From Perkinsus chesapeaki ATCC PRA-425 (Eukaryota; Protista; Perkinsozoa): a stretch of DNA of 64,000 bases. This document shows positions 22,288 to 34,199 of the stretch, one piece after another. The stretch spans positions 47,738 to 111,737 of the forward strand of contig JAAPAO010000038.1 in assembly GCA_013115145.1 (NCBI GenBank), written 5' to 3'. A program made the translations under genes and the position numbers. The number at the start of each line of letters is the position of its first letter. The stretch's first letter is position 1. The notes beneath the pieces are model-generated. The model searched no databases and was not told where the DNA came from. It worked only from the letters and a program-made list of their open reading frames with translations.

Positions 22288-25200
22288 ATGTACGACCTGT
22301 CGCGTATCTTGCACGCTCAACCTCTGGATTCCTCAGTAATCCCCGGAATGTCTCGTTCTCCAGTTCATCCTCGTTCTCCCCAATTGAGCGCTCCTCTCCT
22401 CGGCAGCTCATCTGGCCTTCCGCCTCCCTTCATCTGGAGGCCACCGCGCACCAGCACCTCCAGCGCCGGCAGCCACCACAGTCTTCCGAGGTCCCCCAGA
22501 GGTAATGCGTGCGGTTGTATGTTTGCAGTATTCGTAGGATTGGGCTCTCTCCCCCTGGCAAGATCGGACTCTAGTACGTCTCTTCCACCGACTCTCGATC
22601 GTCACCGATATCGCTACAAGTTGAAGTCGGGCGTTGCGCCGAGCCAGGATGACCAGACGCTCCTCAAGAGGCTTGCAACGATTGAAATGGAAATAGCTCA
22701 GGAAAATGAAAGTAATGTTCGGAGCTGGAAGGGTAATTCTTGCGCGCCACAGAATTCGAAGCAGACAGGCATCAGTATGCGGAGCACAAGGAACGGATGG
22801 ATAAGTATCAGGAGGAGTTGACCGAGCAAAACCAAAGGTGGTCGGGGGCGGGCCGTCCGGTGTGGCATGATAGCGGAAGACAGCCAAACGTTGATTTTTT
22901 GTATCATGTGGCTGTTTGTTGGGCTCTCCCCGAGGGAGCATGAGGGCTTGCATTGCTCCTCTCGGCAACCGATCGATCCCTATGGGGATACACTGAGGGA
23001 CGAACGATATGAATTATACTTCAGTGAACACTGATATAGGGCAATTGAAAATCTCAGTCGCACCAAAGCTTAAAGGTGCGGCCGCTGGCTGGATGGGAGC
23101 GATCTCTTTGGTGGGGCTGCGGTCCCAGGCTGCGGTTCTCAAGTCCGTAGTGCAGAAAGTACGATTTTTGTTCGTTACTGTTCGGTGAAAAGTGGTACTA
23201 TGAGGGACGAGATCAACGGGGCGTTCCGAGTTCATTTGTGGGAAAATCGGTATGGAAATTGGTCAGGCTGCAGGAGGACATTAAGCTGCTAGAGGAAGAG
23301 GCTGATGAGAAGGAAGAGAGAAAACGGTGGATTCTGGGTAGCTGCTGCGGTGAAGCGGTCATCGAAGAACGACCAGCTTCCAGGCGAGATCGAGCGGCTG
23401 ACCGAGCTGGCATCACATAGGGAAAGGCTAATACACGCACAAAGGGAAAATAAAAATAGTTTAACAGAGGGGATGAGGAAGGGTCGAGAGGAGCTCGATA
23501 AAGTAGTATTTAGGGAAATGCAAGTGGGAGCAAGATTTGCAAGATTGGGTACTGGTCCGTTATTCTATTGAGCATTATATCTCTTTGTCGTTTCGGAAAA
23601 ATGAATGATGTCCGACGCGGTTTGGGAAACATCCTCCCTCACTCGTTCTGGTGTTTCCCCAACTGATCGATATGTTTATGAACACCTTTTTGATAGGACC
23701 GGAATTTGACCTAAACCTTGGCGAGATATTCATGTGTTTGCGCGGTAGCTGAGACCGATCGGGTTGAGTAATCTTGTCCCCTATGACGCGGAGATACTGT
23801 ACGAGGCAGCGAGAAGGGGAGGAGGAATTGAATAAAGTCTCGTGGATAGATGCTGCAAAAGTCGAGTCGTAGTCTACTCGTCGCCAATCTTGCAATCTTG
23901 CATTTCCTCAACGGTGATTGATGCTTACTGTTTTAGATGAAGCGTGGAAGTGCTGGAATACGTGCAAGAATTCATGATATTGACGCCGATGTAAAAACGG
24001 AGCACTTTCGTGTTTTACGGTTTTTCTATCAGATTGTACAACTGCGGCAGGAGTCTGCTGAGATAGAGGCTGAACTGCGACTGGAGGACCGCACTTTACA
24101 GGATTTGAGGGAGAAGAAGAACAAAATGGAGAGAAGATTTAGGTCGGCAGAGGGGGGCTTGGTGGAGCCTGCGGTGGACGATGGGGAAATGTGTTAGTAA
24201 TACACATGTAGGATACAGAATGTTGTTGATAAAAATGTGAAAGCTGCTGTTCACTGAGAATACCATATGCAAATGCAAGTGCGTTAAAACACATTCTCAC
24301 TAGAAATAGTCGGAGAATGCAAGTGCATTGGTTATTGCTCATAGAAGGGCTGGGGAGGGGTGAGAAGGCGGATAGGGGAAGGTAACTCTAGTTGGACGGT
24401 TGTGGATGGTCCTGAGCCGATGTCTCCGAGTAGAGGTCTTTGTGCTACTGTAACTGTTATTACTTGTATGAATCGTATCATTATCTATATTTTCTTGTCT
24501 GCTGTTTTAAAAGAATATATTGCATGATGGTTGTTCTGCTTTTGGGGGTTCAGCGCGGAAAGGGAGGCGAGAGAGAGGTATAGAGAAGACCAGGAAGAAT
24601 TAATGGAACTGCAGCAAAAAAATAGGGAAGCTCGGGTAGAGCGGAATCCTGACCTACTTTGTATCTTGCAAGGGTGAAGCTAAGATACTACTAGCCGAAA
24701 GGGAGGCTATGCTCGAAAGGAACAGACGTTGCATCTCGGCCAAGGAGATCCTAGCCCTTCATCAGGGCTCCGAAGACAGCAAGGAAAAGTAGGAAAATTC
24801 GATCGACGAAATTCACTTTCCCTCGGAAGTCACCGCCTTTGCCGCTCAAACGAGGACACCTCGATCATCAACGAATGCCTTCACCGTGGTAGAGAAGAGT
24901 ACCTCAAGGAGCTCCTGTCTATGATGAAGTAAGTGTTATTGTAAGAAGCGCGCGCCCTGGTGATCGATTGTGTTAGGGATGTTGAGGAGAACATAGACGA
25001 GAAGATGAAGGCATTGAGAGAAGTAGTGGGACGAAAAAAGGTAAATTGGCTGGCCGAGATTGAGTAGCAGAAACGGTCGAGTCAATACAATCATTAAAGG
25101 GTATTGCAAATGCGGTGCCAGTTGTTGTGGTGACGGGAAAGAATTGACCGCCCAGCTTGGATGTTTAGGCGTCTGGAGAAGCTACTGGTGATGGAAAAAT

Positions 25201-25312
25201 AAAGAAGACAAAGAAACAGGAGCGCAACCCCTTTGCGGTGTTCGACCCGGTTCTACCTTCTGGGGCTGGGCCACTTGCATCTAGGCCCAGTCTGGTGCCT
25301 AATAGTAGATAA
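22288..25312 (+). CDS. Multi-exon coiled-coil protein of unknown function with an S/P-rich N-terminus
   Basis: It is a chain of E/K/R/Q-rich exons (LATIEMEIAQENE, QEDIKLLEEEADEKEERK, LRQESAEIEAELRLEDRTLQDLREKKNKME, REEYLKELLSMMK, DVEENIDEKMKALRE) separated by GT-AG introns. Confidence 0.6.
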
Positions 25313-25438
25313 TTATACTGACACCTCTAGCTGGCGTGCATAATTAAGTCTCATGAGGGTATTCTCAGTAAAATGTGTATTGTGTTGTCAATTTATGTGT
25401 ATTAATCCATACCGCTCCTTCCAGGGACGTGGCCTTTT

Positions 25439-27508
25439 ATGGCCTTGCCAAATGCTTCTGCAGCTCAGCTCCTCCCTCAAGAAGATCCCCTCGCTCCACT
25501 CGATAAGTTGACTGCTAGTCTAGATGGTCTGAGGCGATATCTAGACGAGATTCAAGCCGAGGTGGCGTCTTTACAGCGAGCGCAAATGACGTCGGCCTCC
25601 GCCCCGCCAACCGCGACCACGGCCACCGGTGAAGCTCCTCGACGAATGGCTCTGATCTCGAGAGCTCCGCGGCATACTTCTACTCTGCCGGAGAATATCG
25701 GCAGCCACAACGACGAGACAGTCCTCATTGACGACACTGCATCTGCTACTGTTGGGCTTAGAAGGCGAACCCATCTCAAGGGGACACTAATTATAGTGAG
25801 AAGTGTTTTCACTGTTGGTTTTTGTTTCTGTCATCGACGAGTTCGTAAACAATCTTTCCCCTCCGCAGAGGGCAATTGGGTGACACCAAGACATTTAAGT
25901 GGCGGAAAAATGCTGTCGACAAAAGAAACAGCTTCGGCGGAAAGTCTCCGAGATGGCGTGTCGATCGAAGTGCCTTTGCCAATAATATTGCCAGATTCCA
26001 TTTTCCGAACTGTCTGGGATCTTCTCGGCTTCCTCCTTATCGTCTCTGATGCTATCAGCATACCTTACAGGCTCAGCTTCAATGCCAAGCCCGAGGGGGT
26101 CTTCCTCGCCATGGAGAACGCCATTACGGTCTTCTGGATGTTGGACATTTTCCTCAACTTCTTTACCGGCTACTATCGGGGCTCAGAGCTCATCACGGAC
26201 CCCGGCAAGATATGGCGGCACTACATCCGTGGTTGGCTGTTCTTCGACTTGATCGCGTCTTTTCCCTTTATGTGGTTGGCGCCCGAGTCTGGCAGCTCTG
26301 GTGATTCGGGCAGGTGGTTCAGGCTTCTACGATTCACAAGATTCTTGCGCCTTTTTCGACTCCTACGATTGGCCAAGCTCATACAGATTCTTGGCCGCAT
26401 TGAGGAGTTCCTCGAGGTCTTCCCTCTTGCGCACTTCGCTGCCTCTATCAGCAAAATGCTTCTCTGGATTGCTCTGCTCAGCCACGTCTCAGCATGTGTC
26501 TGGTACAGCGTCGGCCTTCGCTCCCTCTCCTGCGAAAAACCGGCTGAGAATCTTTTAAACTGCGACCTCGAGGAATCTTGGATAGGTTCCCTCAATAGAA
26601 GCGAGCTGGAAGAATCTAACGAACTTCGATTGCTGTTGTATCTCAATTCACTGTACTTCTCCTTGAGTACAATGACGACTGTCGGGTACGGTGACATCCA
26701 CCCGATTTCGGCCAATGAGAAAGCCTTCACCGTATTCTTCCTGCTCGTCTCGATTGTGGCCTTCTCCGGTATGGTGGGCGCTGTTACCGAAGTTGTTCAT
26801 CAATTCTTCGGACGTAATGTGCAGCATAAAAGTGCGATGCTCAACTTAGGGAGATACATGAAATGGCGCCGTTTGCCATATCATCTGCAACGCCGACTGA
26901 GACGCTATATGCAGTACCGTTGGGAGCACGGCGGGTTCGATCTTGGCTTTAAAGAATCTGATATCATTAAAGACCTCTCTCCAGCTCTGAGAATTGCTGT
27001 TTTGGCTAGGGTTTATGGCCCACCGTTGAAGGAAGCACTGCACTTTACATGGCTTTTACGTCATCAACTGGCCTTTGAACGTCTTTTAGCAAGTGTGAAG
27101 TTCATGACCCAAGCTCCGGGCGATGTCCTCTTTCTTGACAGCGAGCTCGATGACTCCCTTTATTATCTCCAAGTCGGACAACTTGGACTCTTCTATTCGG
27201 CCGAAGCCGGCGAGAGCTACCCGGAGTGCACGATTGTCAAGGCTCCGGCGTATGTGGGGCAAACGGCACTACGACTGTTAGCGACAAACAATCCGCGGGA
27301 TAAAGAGAAGATACTCAGACCGTGCTCAGCTCTGTGCTCTACACATTGCGAGCTACTCAGTATAACTATTGAGGACTTGAGAACTTTGCTTGATTCAATG
27401 CCGCGACTTTGGGAAGACTTCTTTGAATGGTACACAGAGGAGTTTAATAAGACGAGATTTTATGAAGAGAAGAGAGCAACTACAACAGAAGATAAAACAA
27501 TGAGCTGA
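25439..27508 (+). CDS. Voltage-gated K+ channel, CNBD-containing (KCNH/HCN/CNG superfamily)
   Basis: It has S1-S6, the S4 segment RLLRFTRFLRLFRLLRLAKL, the pore TMTTVGYGDIHP, a C-linker (YMKWRRLPYHLQRRLRRYMQYRW) and a CNBD-like region. There is a probable in-frame intron at about 25797-25869. Confidence 0.92.
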   Translation: MALPNASAAQLLPQEDPLAPLDKLTASLDGLRRYLDEIQAEVASLQRAQMTSASAPPTATTATGEAPRRMALISRAPRHTSTLPENIGSHNDETVLIDDTASATVGLRRRTHLKGTLIIVRSVFTVGFCFCHRRVRKQSFPSAEGNWVTPRHLSGGKMLSTKETASAESLRDGVSIEVPLPIILPDSIFRTVWDLLGFLLIVSDAISIPYRLSFNAKPEGVFLAMENAITVFWMLDIFLNFFTGYYRGSELITDPGKIWRHYIRGWLFFDLIASFPFMWLAPESGSSGDSGRWFRLLRFTRFLRLFRLLRLAKLIQILGRIEEFLEVFPLAHFAASISKMLLWIALLSHVSACVWYSVGLRSLSCEKPAENLLNCDLEESWIGSLNRSELEESNELRLLLYLNSLYFSLSTMTTVGYGDIHPISANEKAFTVFFLLVSIVAFSGMVGAVTEVVHQFFGRNVQHKSAMLNLGRYMKWRRLPYHLQRRLRRYMQYRWEHGGFDLGFKESDIIKDLSPALRIAVLARVYGPPLKEALHFTWLLRHQLAFERLLASVKFMTQAPGDVLFLDSELDDSLYYLQVGQLGLFYSAEAGESYPECTIVKAPAYVGQTALRLLATNNPRDKEKILRPCSALCSTHCELLSITIEDLRTLLDSMPRLWEDFFEWYTEEFNKTRFYEEKRATTTEDKTMS

Positions 27509-27949
27509 ATGCAGCAAATACGCCTGTATATTTCTGACATGTTGCATGTTGATATGATGCGTAACATAATACTCGAAACGTTATTTAGTTTATAGTCAAG
27601 TTGCAATATAAGATTATTCAAACCGTACCTGCGCAGTACAGATCAACGGTAAAGCTTACCACCCGTCACTTGAAACGCTAGCGTGAAAAACGTGCCGCAT
27701 AACGCTATAGCGTCGTCCTTGGGTTTAGGGAACAGTCGACCACCGGGAATATGCCGGACACGAAGGAACGAATTGACGCATTTCCACCTCGGAGTTCAGC
27801 CAAGAAGAATGCCTGAATGAGCGGTGCGACCACCATGAAAGTTCGTGCACAATCAAGCACAATTGTGTTACACCAGTTATGTGACACCATAAATAGACAA
27901 GTAAGGAACCAGCTGGAAGTGTAGCACCAACACTTGTGCTCTCCAAAAC

Positions 27950-27988
27950 GAATATTTTAGGGCCGATACTATCGGCCCTAAAATATTC
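27950..27988. repeat. 39-bp palindrome (perfect 19-bp arms, 1-nt spacer)
   Basis: GAATATTTTAGGGCCGATA-C-TATCGGCCCTAAAATATTC. Confidence 0.95.
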
Positions 27989-28725
27989 ACATAACTCCTT
28001 CATGGGTTATGGACTCAACTAGCTTGCTTGATGGAGAGCCTAGGCTGATCATGTTCTAATTAAGAGGCGAAGAAAGGCGAGCGCTCCAACCACAGCCGTG
28101 ACGCCCTACCGGGTATAATACCGTATCATCCCAGATGATAGCTTTGCAATTCCCAGAGAGCGTGTCGTAGTTCATGAGTAGTACTATCCTTGCCGCGTTT
28201 AGTTGTCGTGCGTATAAATACGTATAATAATACCGAGGCTAAAGTCGTAAGCGTATTATGCGAACACCGCGTTTCGAACACGTTCAACTGACTCAATAAC
28301 GTATTCAAATTGGTTAAGAATCTTGAGTCAAGATGAAGGTGCGAAGGCCGTTACTGTGCCGATGTTGTTCCGCGAAGTGTTATACCTACACGACCCATCG
28401 CATTCCTCGAACGTAGCACAACTCGAAGAACTGTTCTACATGTTGCAGCGGCGACGTTCAATTGTGTGACACCAAGAATGTCGTCCAGCATGTCACAGGC
28501 AATCAGGCGTGCACTTCAGTCTACTTACATCCGTGTGGCCCGTTCAAGGCCTACGCTCCATTCTCATGGAGGAGCGAATATATCATATCTTCAAAGCCTC
28601 CCCTCGTAGCTTTCCTAGCTAGCCATAGTTGGCTTCCAAGCCCCATTTCACTATTGAGAATGAGTTGAGTAAGATGCATAATACTTCATCAGTTGCACTT
28701 GCTCTAATCCCCACGCTTTGTGTTA

Positions 28726-29133
28726 ATGGCCTTAACTATCATCCTAGCATTCATCGGTGGTCTTTGGTGCTCGGAAGGCTTGGAGGAACCCTCTGGCCCA
28801 TATAATGCGATGATCGATTCGAACATCTGCATTCAGACTATCTGGAGAGATGATAACGGCGAGCTCAAGGTTAAAGAAACTGTTAAATGTTATAAAGAGG
28901 TATATGAGTCCCCCGAGTTGGACACGATCCAAGTCCCACCTACGATTGGTATCGACCCTAGCAGCTATGAGGCCTTCCTCCAATTCATGGACAAGGCGAA
29001 GAAGCAGTGTGGATTTGAGGCAGAACAGAGTTTCATGTCTAACTTTCAATACATAGATTCTGAGGATTCCTTAACGACGGCACGGTCTGAAGGGAATGTG
29101 GTGAAGCTACGTCCCGGCTCCTGTTGGGAGTGA
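28726..29133 (+). CDS. Small secreted protein (about 135 aa), intronless, same family as 30613-31005
   Basis: It has the signal peptide MALTIILAFIGGLWCSEG, followed by PSGPY..CIQTIW..KETVKC..ESP..Y..F..K.KKQCG..F.Y....LT......LRPGSC. Confidence 0.8.
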   Translation: MALTIILAFIGGLWCSEGLEEPSGPYNAMIDSNICIQTIWRDDNGELKVKETVKCYKEVYESPELDTIQVPPTIGIDPSSYEAFLQFMDKAKKQCGFEAEQSFMSNFQYIDSEDSLTTARSEGNVVKLRPGSCWE

Positions 29134-30612
29134 GTCAACGAGCCACTCATATTTATTCTCTTATTAGACTATCCGCCAGATTGTGGCACAAATTTCACTT
29201 TATAATGCATCGGTCTCATCTGGACGGCCTAGACGTCACTCATCAGAAGAGTCCGTCATGTAAGGGTTAGTTATCTTCTTTTGGATAAGCTCGTTTTATC
29301 CATACTATCTTTACCTTAGACTTGTGTTTTGAAGTATTAAGGGAAACTTTGGGGTTGGAATCTATTGTGACACCATGGAAGAGATCAGCTTACAAACTCT
29401 CAATTTCCGCATGAACGGGGCCGTACCGTCGGTACGTAGCGAGGTACCCCTACCTTCCGCCCCGTAGCACGCATCAACCTCTATTGTTTCAACCCACATA
29501 AATATTTCATTTGGCAGCATCATCCTCGGGGATACCTCGCCTAGTTGTAACATCGGTTGGTATACCGAAAACCGCCTAGCGAGCGTGGAATGGGATATCA
29601 GTACACAAGGTTCGCAGTTAGAATACTCCTTACCCGGCACGGAACAAGCCAAGTAGTTTATTCCGACTTTATACTTTAGGGGAGGAGGGAGATGATTACT
29701 AATGATCTAATCACTACACTGACTAGGTCTTTGATAACACATCACAGATTGAGCAGTTTGAGTAGCAATATGAGTATCCTTGGAAATAATCCGTTTCCAG
29801 TAGCCTATAAATTGCACCTTTGCGGAAACACGAGGTTCGCTCTGACCATCCGTAAACCGTAAGATACCAGACTGAGTTAGAGAGGACCGACGCTCATTTT
29901 GGTATGTTTGAGGCATCGGAGCGAGGCCTGAAGCTCAGTGTGCAAGCGTGGTCAGCTCATTCCCACTACCGTCGACCACACATTGTTATATTTCGATCGG
30001 GAGTACTAATGTTATACTTACTAAGTATTACTTAGTCTATCTAAGAGCCGAGTATGCAAGGACTGTCACCTCATTTGGTTGTCGCCTTTTCTTATCACTG
30101 TGAGGGTTTATTTCTAATAAATTATTGCCCTTCTGCATTAGTGCGGCGCCGAAGCCTGTCAATGTGGCACGGATGTCCTCGCACTAGCCTTCGTACTTTG
30201 GTCTCGACTGAAGTTTTTTCTTGCTCTCGAGCGAGTTGTTTATGCGATTTGCTCGATTAAGGCAAGTCACATAACTTTATATTTTACAAAGAGATTCTGC
30301 TTCCATGAAGACTTCTCCAGAAGACTTCTCCAAGAATGTTTATGTGCGTGGGCGAGTGAATCGGACAACTTCATGGCAGCAACAGGCTGTTGCCAAAAGC
30401 CATATCACTCACAAACCCAACACACGTGGCTACAAAAACGGACTATTGGGAGCCGTTGATATCTTTATAGAGGATATAATGAATGCTAGGTGACCAATAA
30501 CATGGCGTAGGTATTTTATCACCAATGTGATGAACGGACGGCTGGTAGCAATGAGCATGTAGATGTACCGAAGGATTATGGCTCGGCCATCCATTCTTCC
30601 GCCACTTCATGG

Positions 30613-31005
30613 TCAACAAGTGCCTGGTTTCAACGTCTCCTTTTCTCCTTGAAAAGTTGAAGTTAAGGTGTTATCTTCTTTATCATAACTGAACTTATAC
30701 ATATCCGAGTACAGATTAGGCTTAAGCCCACACTCCTTATACACTTTATTAAAGAAGGCTCCATAATCTTTTTTACTACTGGAGTCGATGGTGTACGGGT
30801 TGGTGCCAGTACCAACCATGGCAGGGGATGTGACCGACTGTCCACGGCATTTAACGGTTTCCTTAATATAAATGTATTCATGGAAGAACCAGTTAGTCTG
30901 AATGCATAGAGTCTTCCCAATCTCCTGACTATATTTGCCATCTGGAAATGCTTGACTCCACATGACGATGGTCAACAGTAGAAGGATCGCTAAAGTGCCG
31001 TTCAT
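30613..31005 (-). CDS. Small secreted protein (130 aa), intronless, convergent paralog of 28726-29133
   Basis: It has the signal peptide MNGTLAILLLLTIVMWSQA, followed by PDGKY..CIQTNW..KETVKC..TSP..Y..F..K.YKECG..FSY....LT......LKPGTC. Confidence 0.8.
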   Translation of the reverse strand: MNGTLAILLLLTIVMWSQAFPDGKYSQEIGKTLCIQTNWFFHEYIYIKETVKCRGQSVTSPAMVGTGTNPYTIDSSSKKDYGAFFNKVYKECGLKPNLYSDMYKFSYDKEDNTLTSTFQGEKETLKPGTC

Positions 31006-34000
31006 GCGGGTAATAGTTACAGACGGTTACTGAGTAGACAGCTATTTCACATAACTAGCGACGTGTCGCTGTATAGCCGGTGACACAGCTCCTGTCTCCC
31101 ACAGGTGCCTCGGCAGAGTCGGACTCATTGCAGATGTTCCAATTGTAAGAAGGTCAGGTCGTCGACCATAGCTTCAATAGTAGATATATCAAAGCAGCTA
31201 CGAGCGACTAACGATTTCCATCGACCTCAGAAATTTGAATTCACACTACTGTATGGTATAACAGCGTGACACAACACGCTGTCTCCCTAGTTTCACCGTG
31301 TAACTTCCACGCATATCCGGGAGTTTTCCGCTTCCAGAAATAAAAGATGTCGTTCCCCAATTTCTCGATGAACTGTATGTATTCAGTTGAGCATTGCAAT
31401 GGGTAGATTTGCAAGCTCAAGAAGTGATATAATGCAGGCGTCAATACAGACGGGTCTTATATGGACCTTTTACTACCACTTCAACAACACGTCAAAGTTT
31501 CTCCCGAAAATTTTATAATAAGTACGTCAATCAACTGCCAATCAACTTTGACATCGCCGAGCCCCTCTGGTGGGTGCTTCAAAACGTGGGGACAGCAGCC
31601 GGAGTAGATTCAGGCCGTTTCTGTGACACAAAAAATGTCTCCCAGATAACATTACACGCTGTCTATTTCGAAGCCATCTCTGGTGAGCTCTATCCTATAC
31701 CTATTATTCAGGCAATTCACAAGTTTGCTGGCTGCCGAATATGGAACCTTAACATCCTTGCTGATCCAGTGGACCTAAACACAACGAGGACGATCGCAAT
31801 ACCTCGGAGCATTAAGGGCCTACCAAACAAGCCTCTGTAGAACTATCGCTGACATTCTCTGTCTCAGACTCCTCCGCTGGGCGTACAGCTACACCATAAC
31901 CGAGATAGTTACCTCTACCAGTTGTCGTGTAATCAGTAGCATGTGACGCAATAACCATCACCACAAAACCTTCCGTCTGAGACTAACACACGGAAAAGGT
32001 TTACAAGGAGACATTTCTTGAACATGAGGTTCTAAATGATGAAGTCCAAATCTAATCCTGTAGTCTCCAAATAAACTTAGGTTAATTTGGGAATTCTGCC
32101 ACGCGCAAGAATTTCGCTCGCCCATATGTCAGTAACTAGGCATGAAACGGTTATAATAATTTGAGTTTTAACTATGATATGCGTAACATATCCGAAAATG
32201 AGCCCTGAACTCGTTCCTGTTGTGGAATAATGATATTATTTCGAAATAATCTAACTTTACTTGGAGGACTGTATTAACGCCCGAGATGTATTATACTGTA
32301 TAGTACAACTATGCATACATGTCTGTATACGTATTATTTATCCCCATCTACTATTTATATAGCCCGACACAATGAAATAAAATATTTCCTATTTTTCCGA
32401 TTTCTCACTCAATATCGAGTATTATCGAGCAAAATTTCAAACATGAGTACTGCAACGAGAATCTAGCATTGTACACTGAATGCTCGAAACGGGTTTGAGA
32501 TGGTTTGAGAATCAACGCAGTAAGCTGTCTCAAGAACCTTCATCGGCTCCACGGCAATCTATCTCCTAGCGGGCCGCTTTAAGTCAGTATACCACTGCAG
32601 AGGTAAGATGAATCGGGGAACCTTACCGCCATAGTTTCCCATAATTTCCGCGCCGTCTGTGCTTGAAGTGGCCATACCCCCGTATTGAAGGCTTCCTCAG
32701 CGATCTCCGCTCGTGGTGCTCGACAAAGGACGATACTTATGTTGGATGAGCTCTTCGATGCCAATGACTCTGAAGTCCAGTCACTCGTAATTAGCTGCTC
32801 GCTTACCCAGCTCCCTAAACCGACTCGGGATTCCCACAGTTAGACTGGACTGGATGACCGATGAACAAGATGGCTGATGAGCGACTGACATTACCAAGAC
32901 TCAACAAGATACTGGATATCAGTATGTAGCGGAGCTGCGCCAGATACCAGCGTTAAAGGACCTCACCGTATTACATAACCACTATCAGCAAACAGAAGCG
33001 ACGAGCGTAAAATATTCGACGCTCATCATGCACGCGTCACAATAACGAATGAACTCGAATACATGGCACATAACATGGCGTGTCACGTAACGTGAGCTAA
33101 ATCGTTCGGAAAATCTTCCAGCCTGAAAGGTTTAGTTCATGCTGAGTGAATGAGCTTAAACTTCAGTGAAGTGAATGTTATCGTCGGTTTGAGCCCCCGA
33201 ATGTTTCAGGGTTCGCTTCTTCCTCTCTGACCGGTATGAAGCTTTGACCTAATGATCGTCTCTGTGATTTTCCTCTTCCCGCACTGTAGTGTTGAGGTTC
33301 TATGAGAATTGGCTCCCTCTGATTTCCACTACGAAGTAGGCTCGACTGTCATAGTGACTACACACTTTCATTCGAAATGTCACATTTCTCTATTTACCGA
33401 AACTGATGTGTGAAACACGATTATCGTGTCACGATATCAAAACTCCAAAGCCGGGAAGCTCTGTGATGACATTAACAACCTTGAAGCTACAGTAGCTTAG
33501 ATACCGAGTTTCAGACATATGACAACACTTTTGTACATGATCGATTACGAACCATGCCACAGTAATCACCAAAGGAGCACTCGAACACAACAGTGATTTT
33601 GAGAGGCTGGACACACAAATGCACTCAAAAGCGGCACTCCTTCGCAGATGGGATGGATCGGGCCTGAGAAGTAGATTCAACAATGCTATATGCGAATCAC
33701 TCACCATCCAATCATCAGACTCATCGATGATGTCTCCTTCACCGTGCAACATCTTCCAGTTTGAGATGTCCTCAATAACTAACACAACCGATCATTCGAC
33801 CGGAAATGATACGGCGAACCACCGGCAGTTGGAGAGTAATTATGCAACTCTCCGGTAGAGTGCTTGCTTCAGGCTCACTTCACCTCAGTGCGACTGAACC
33901 CTCACAGGAACGGTCGATATGCAGTTGCAGGATTACAAAAAATTAGGTTGAGCTGATTCGGTTGTAAGCTTAAAGCTGATTCGTTTTTCCTTTTACTCCA

Positions 34001-34199
34001 TCTAGACGCCCAACTTTACATATCTTCATATCCTCCCTCGACCGTCTTTATAAAATATTTTGGCACGAATTCTCCTCTAGCATTTTCATGTCATGAAATT
34101 CATGAATTGTAATAACCAAGTTCGAGCTATCCCGCTGAGATGCGTACTCTGCACTTTACACTAAAAAGTCAACATTCAATAAGAATCATGTAGACTTGA

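Noticed and set aside
31574-33000. Leu-rich fragments suggestive of a decayed LRR-like gene
   Set aside because: There are multiple stops and no consistent LRR consensus or exon chain.
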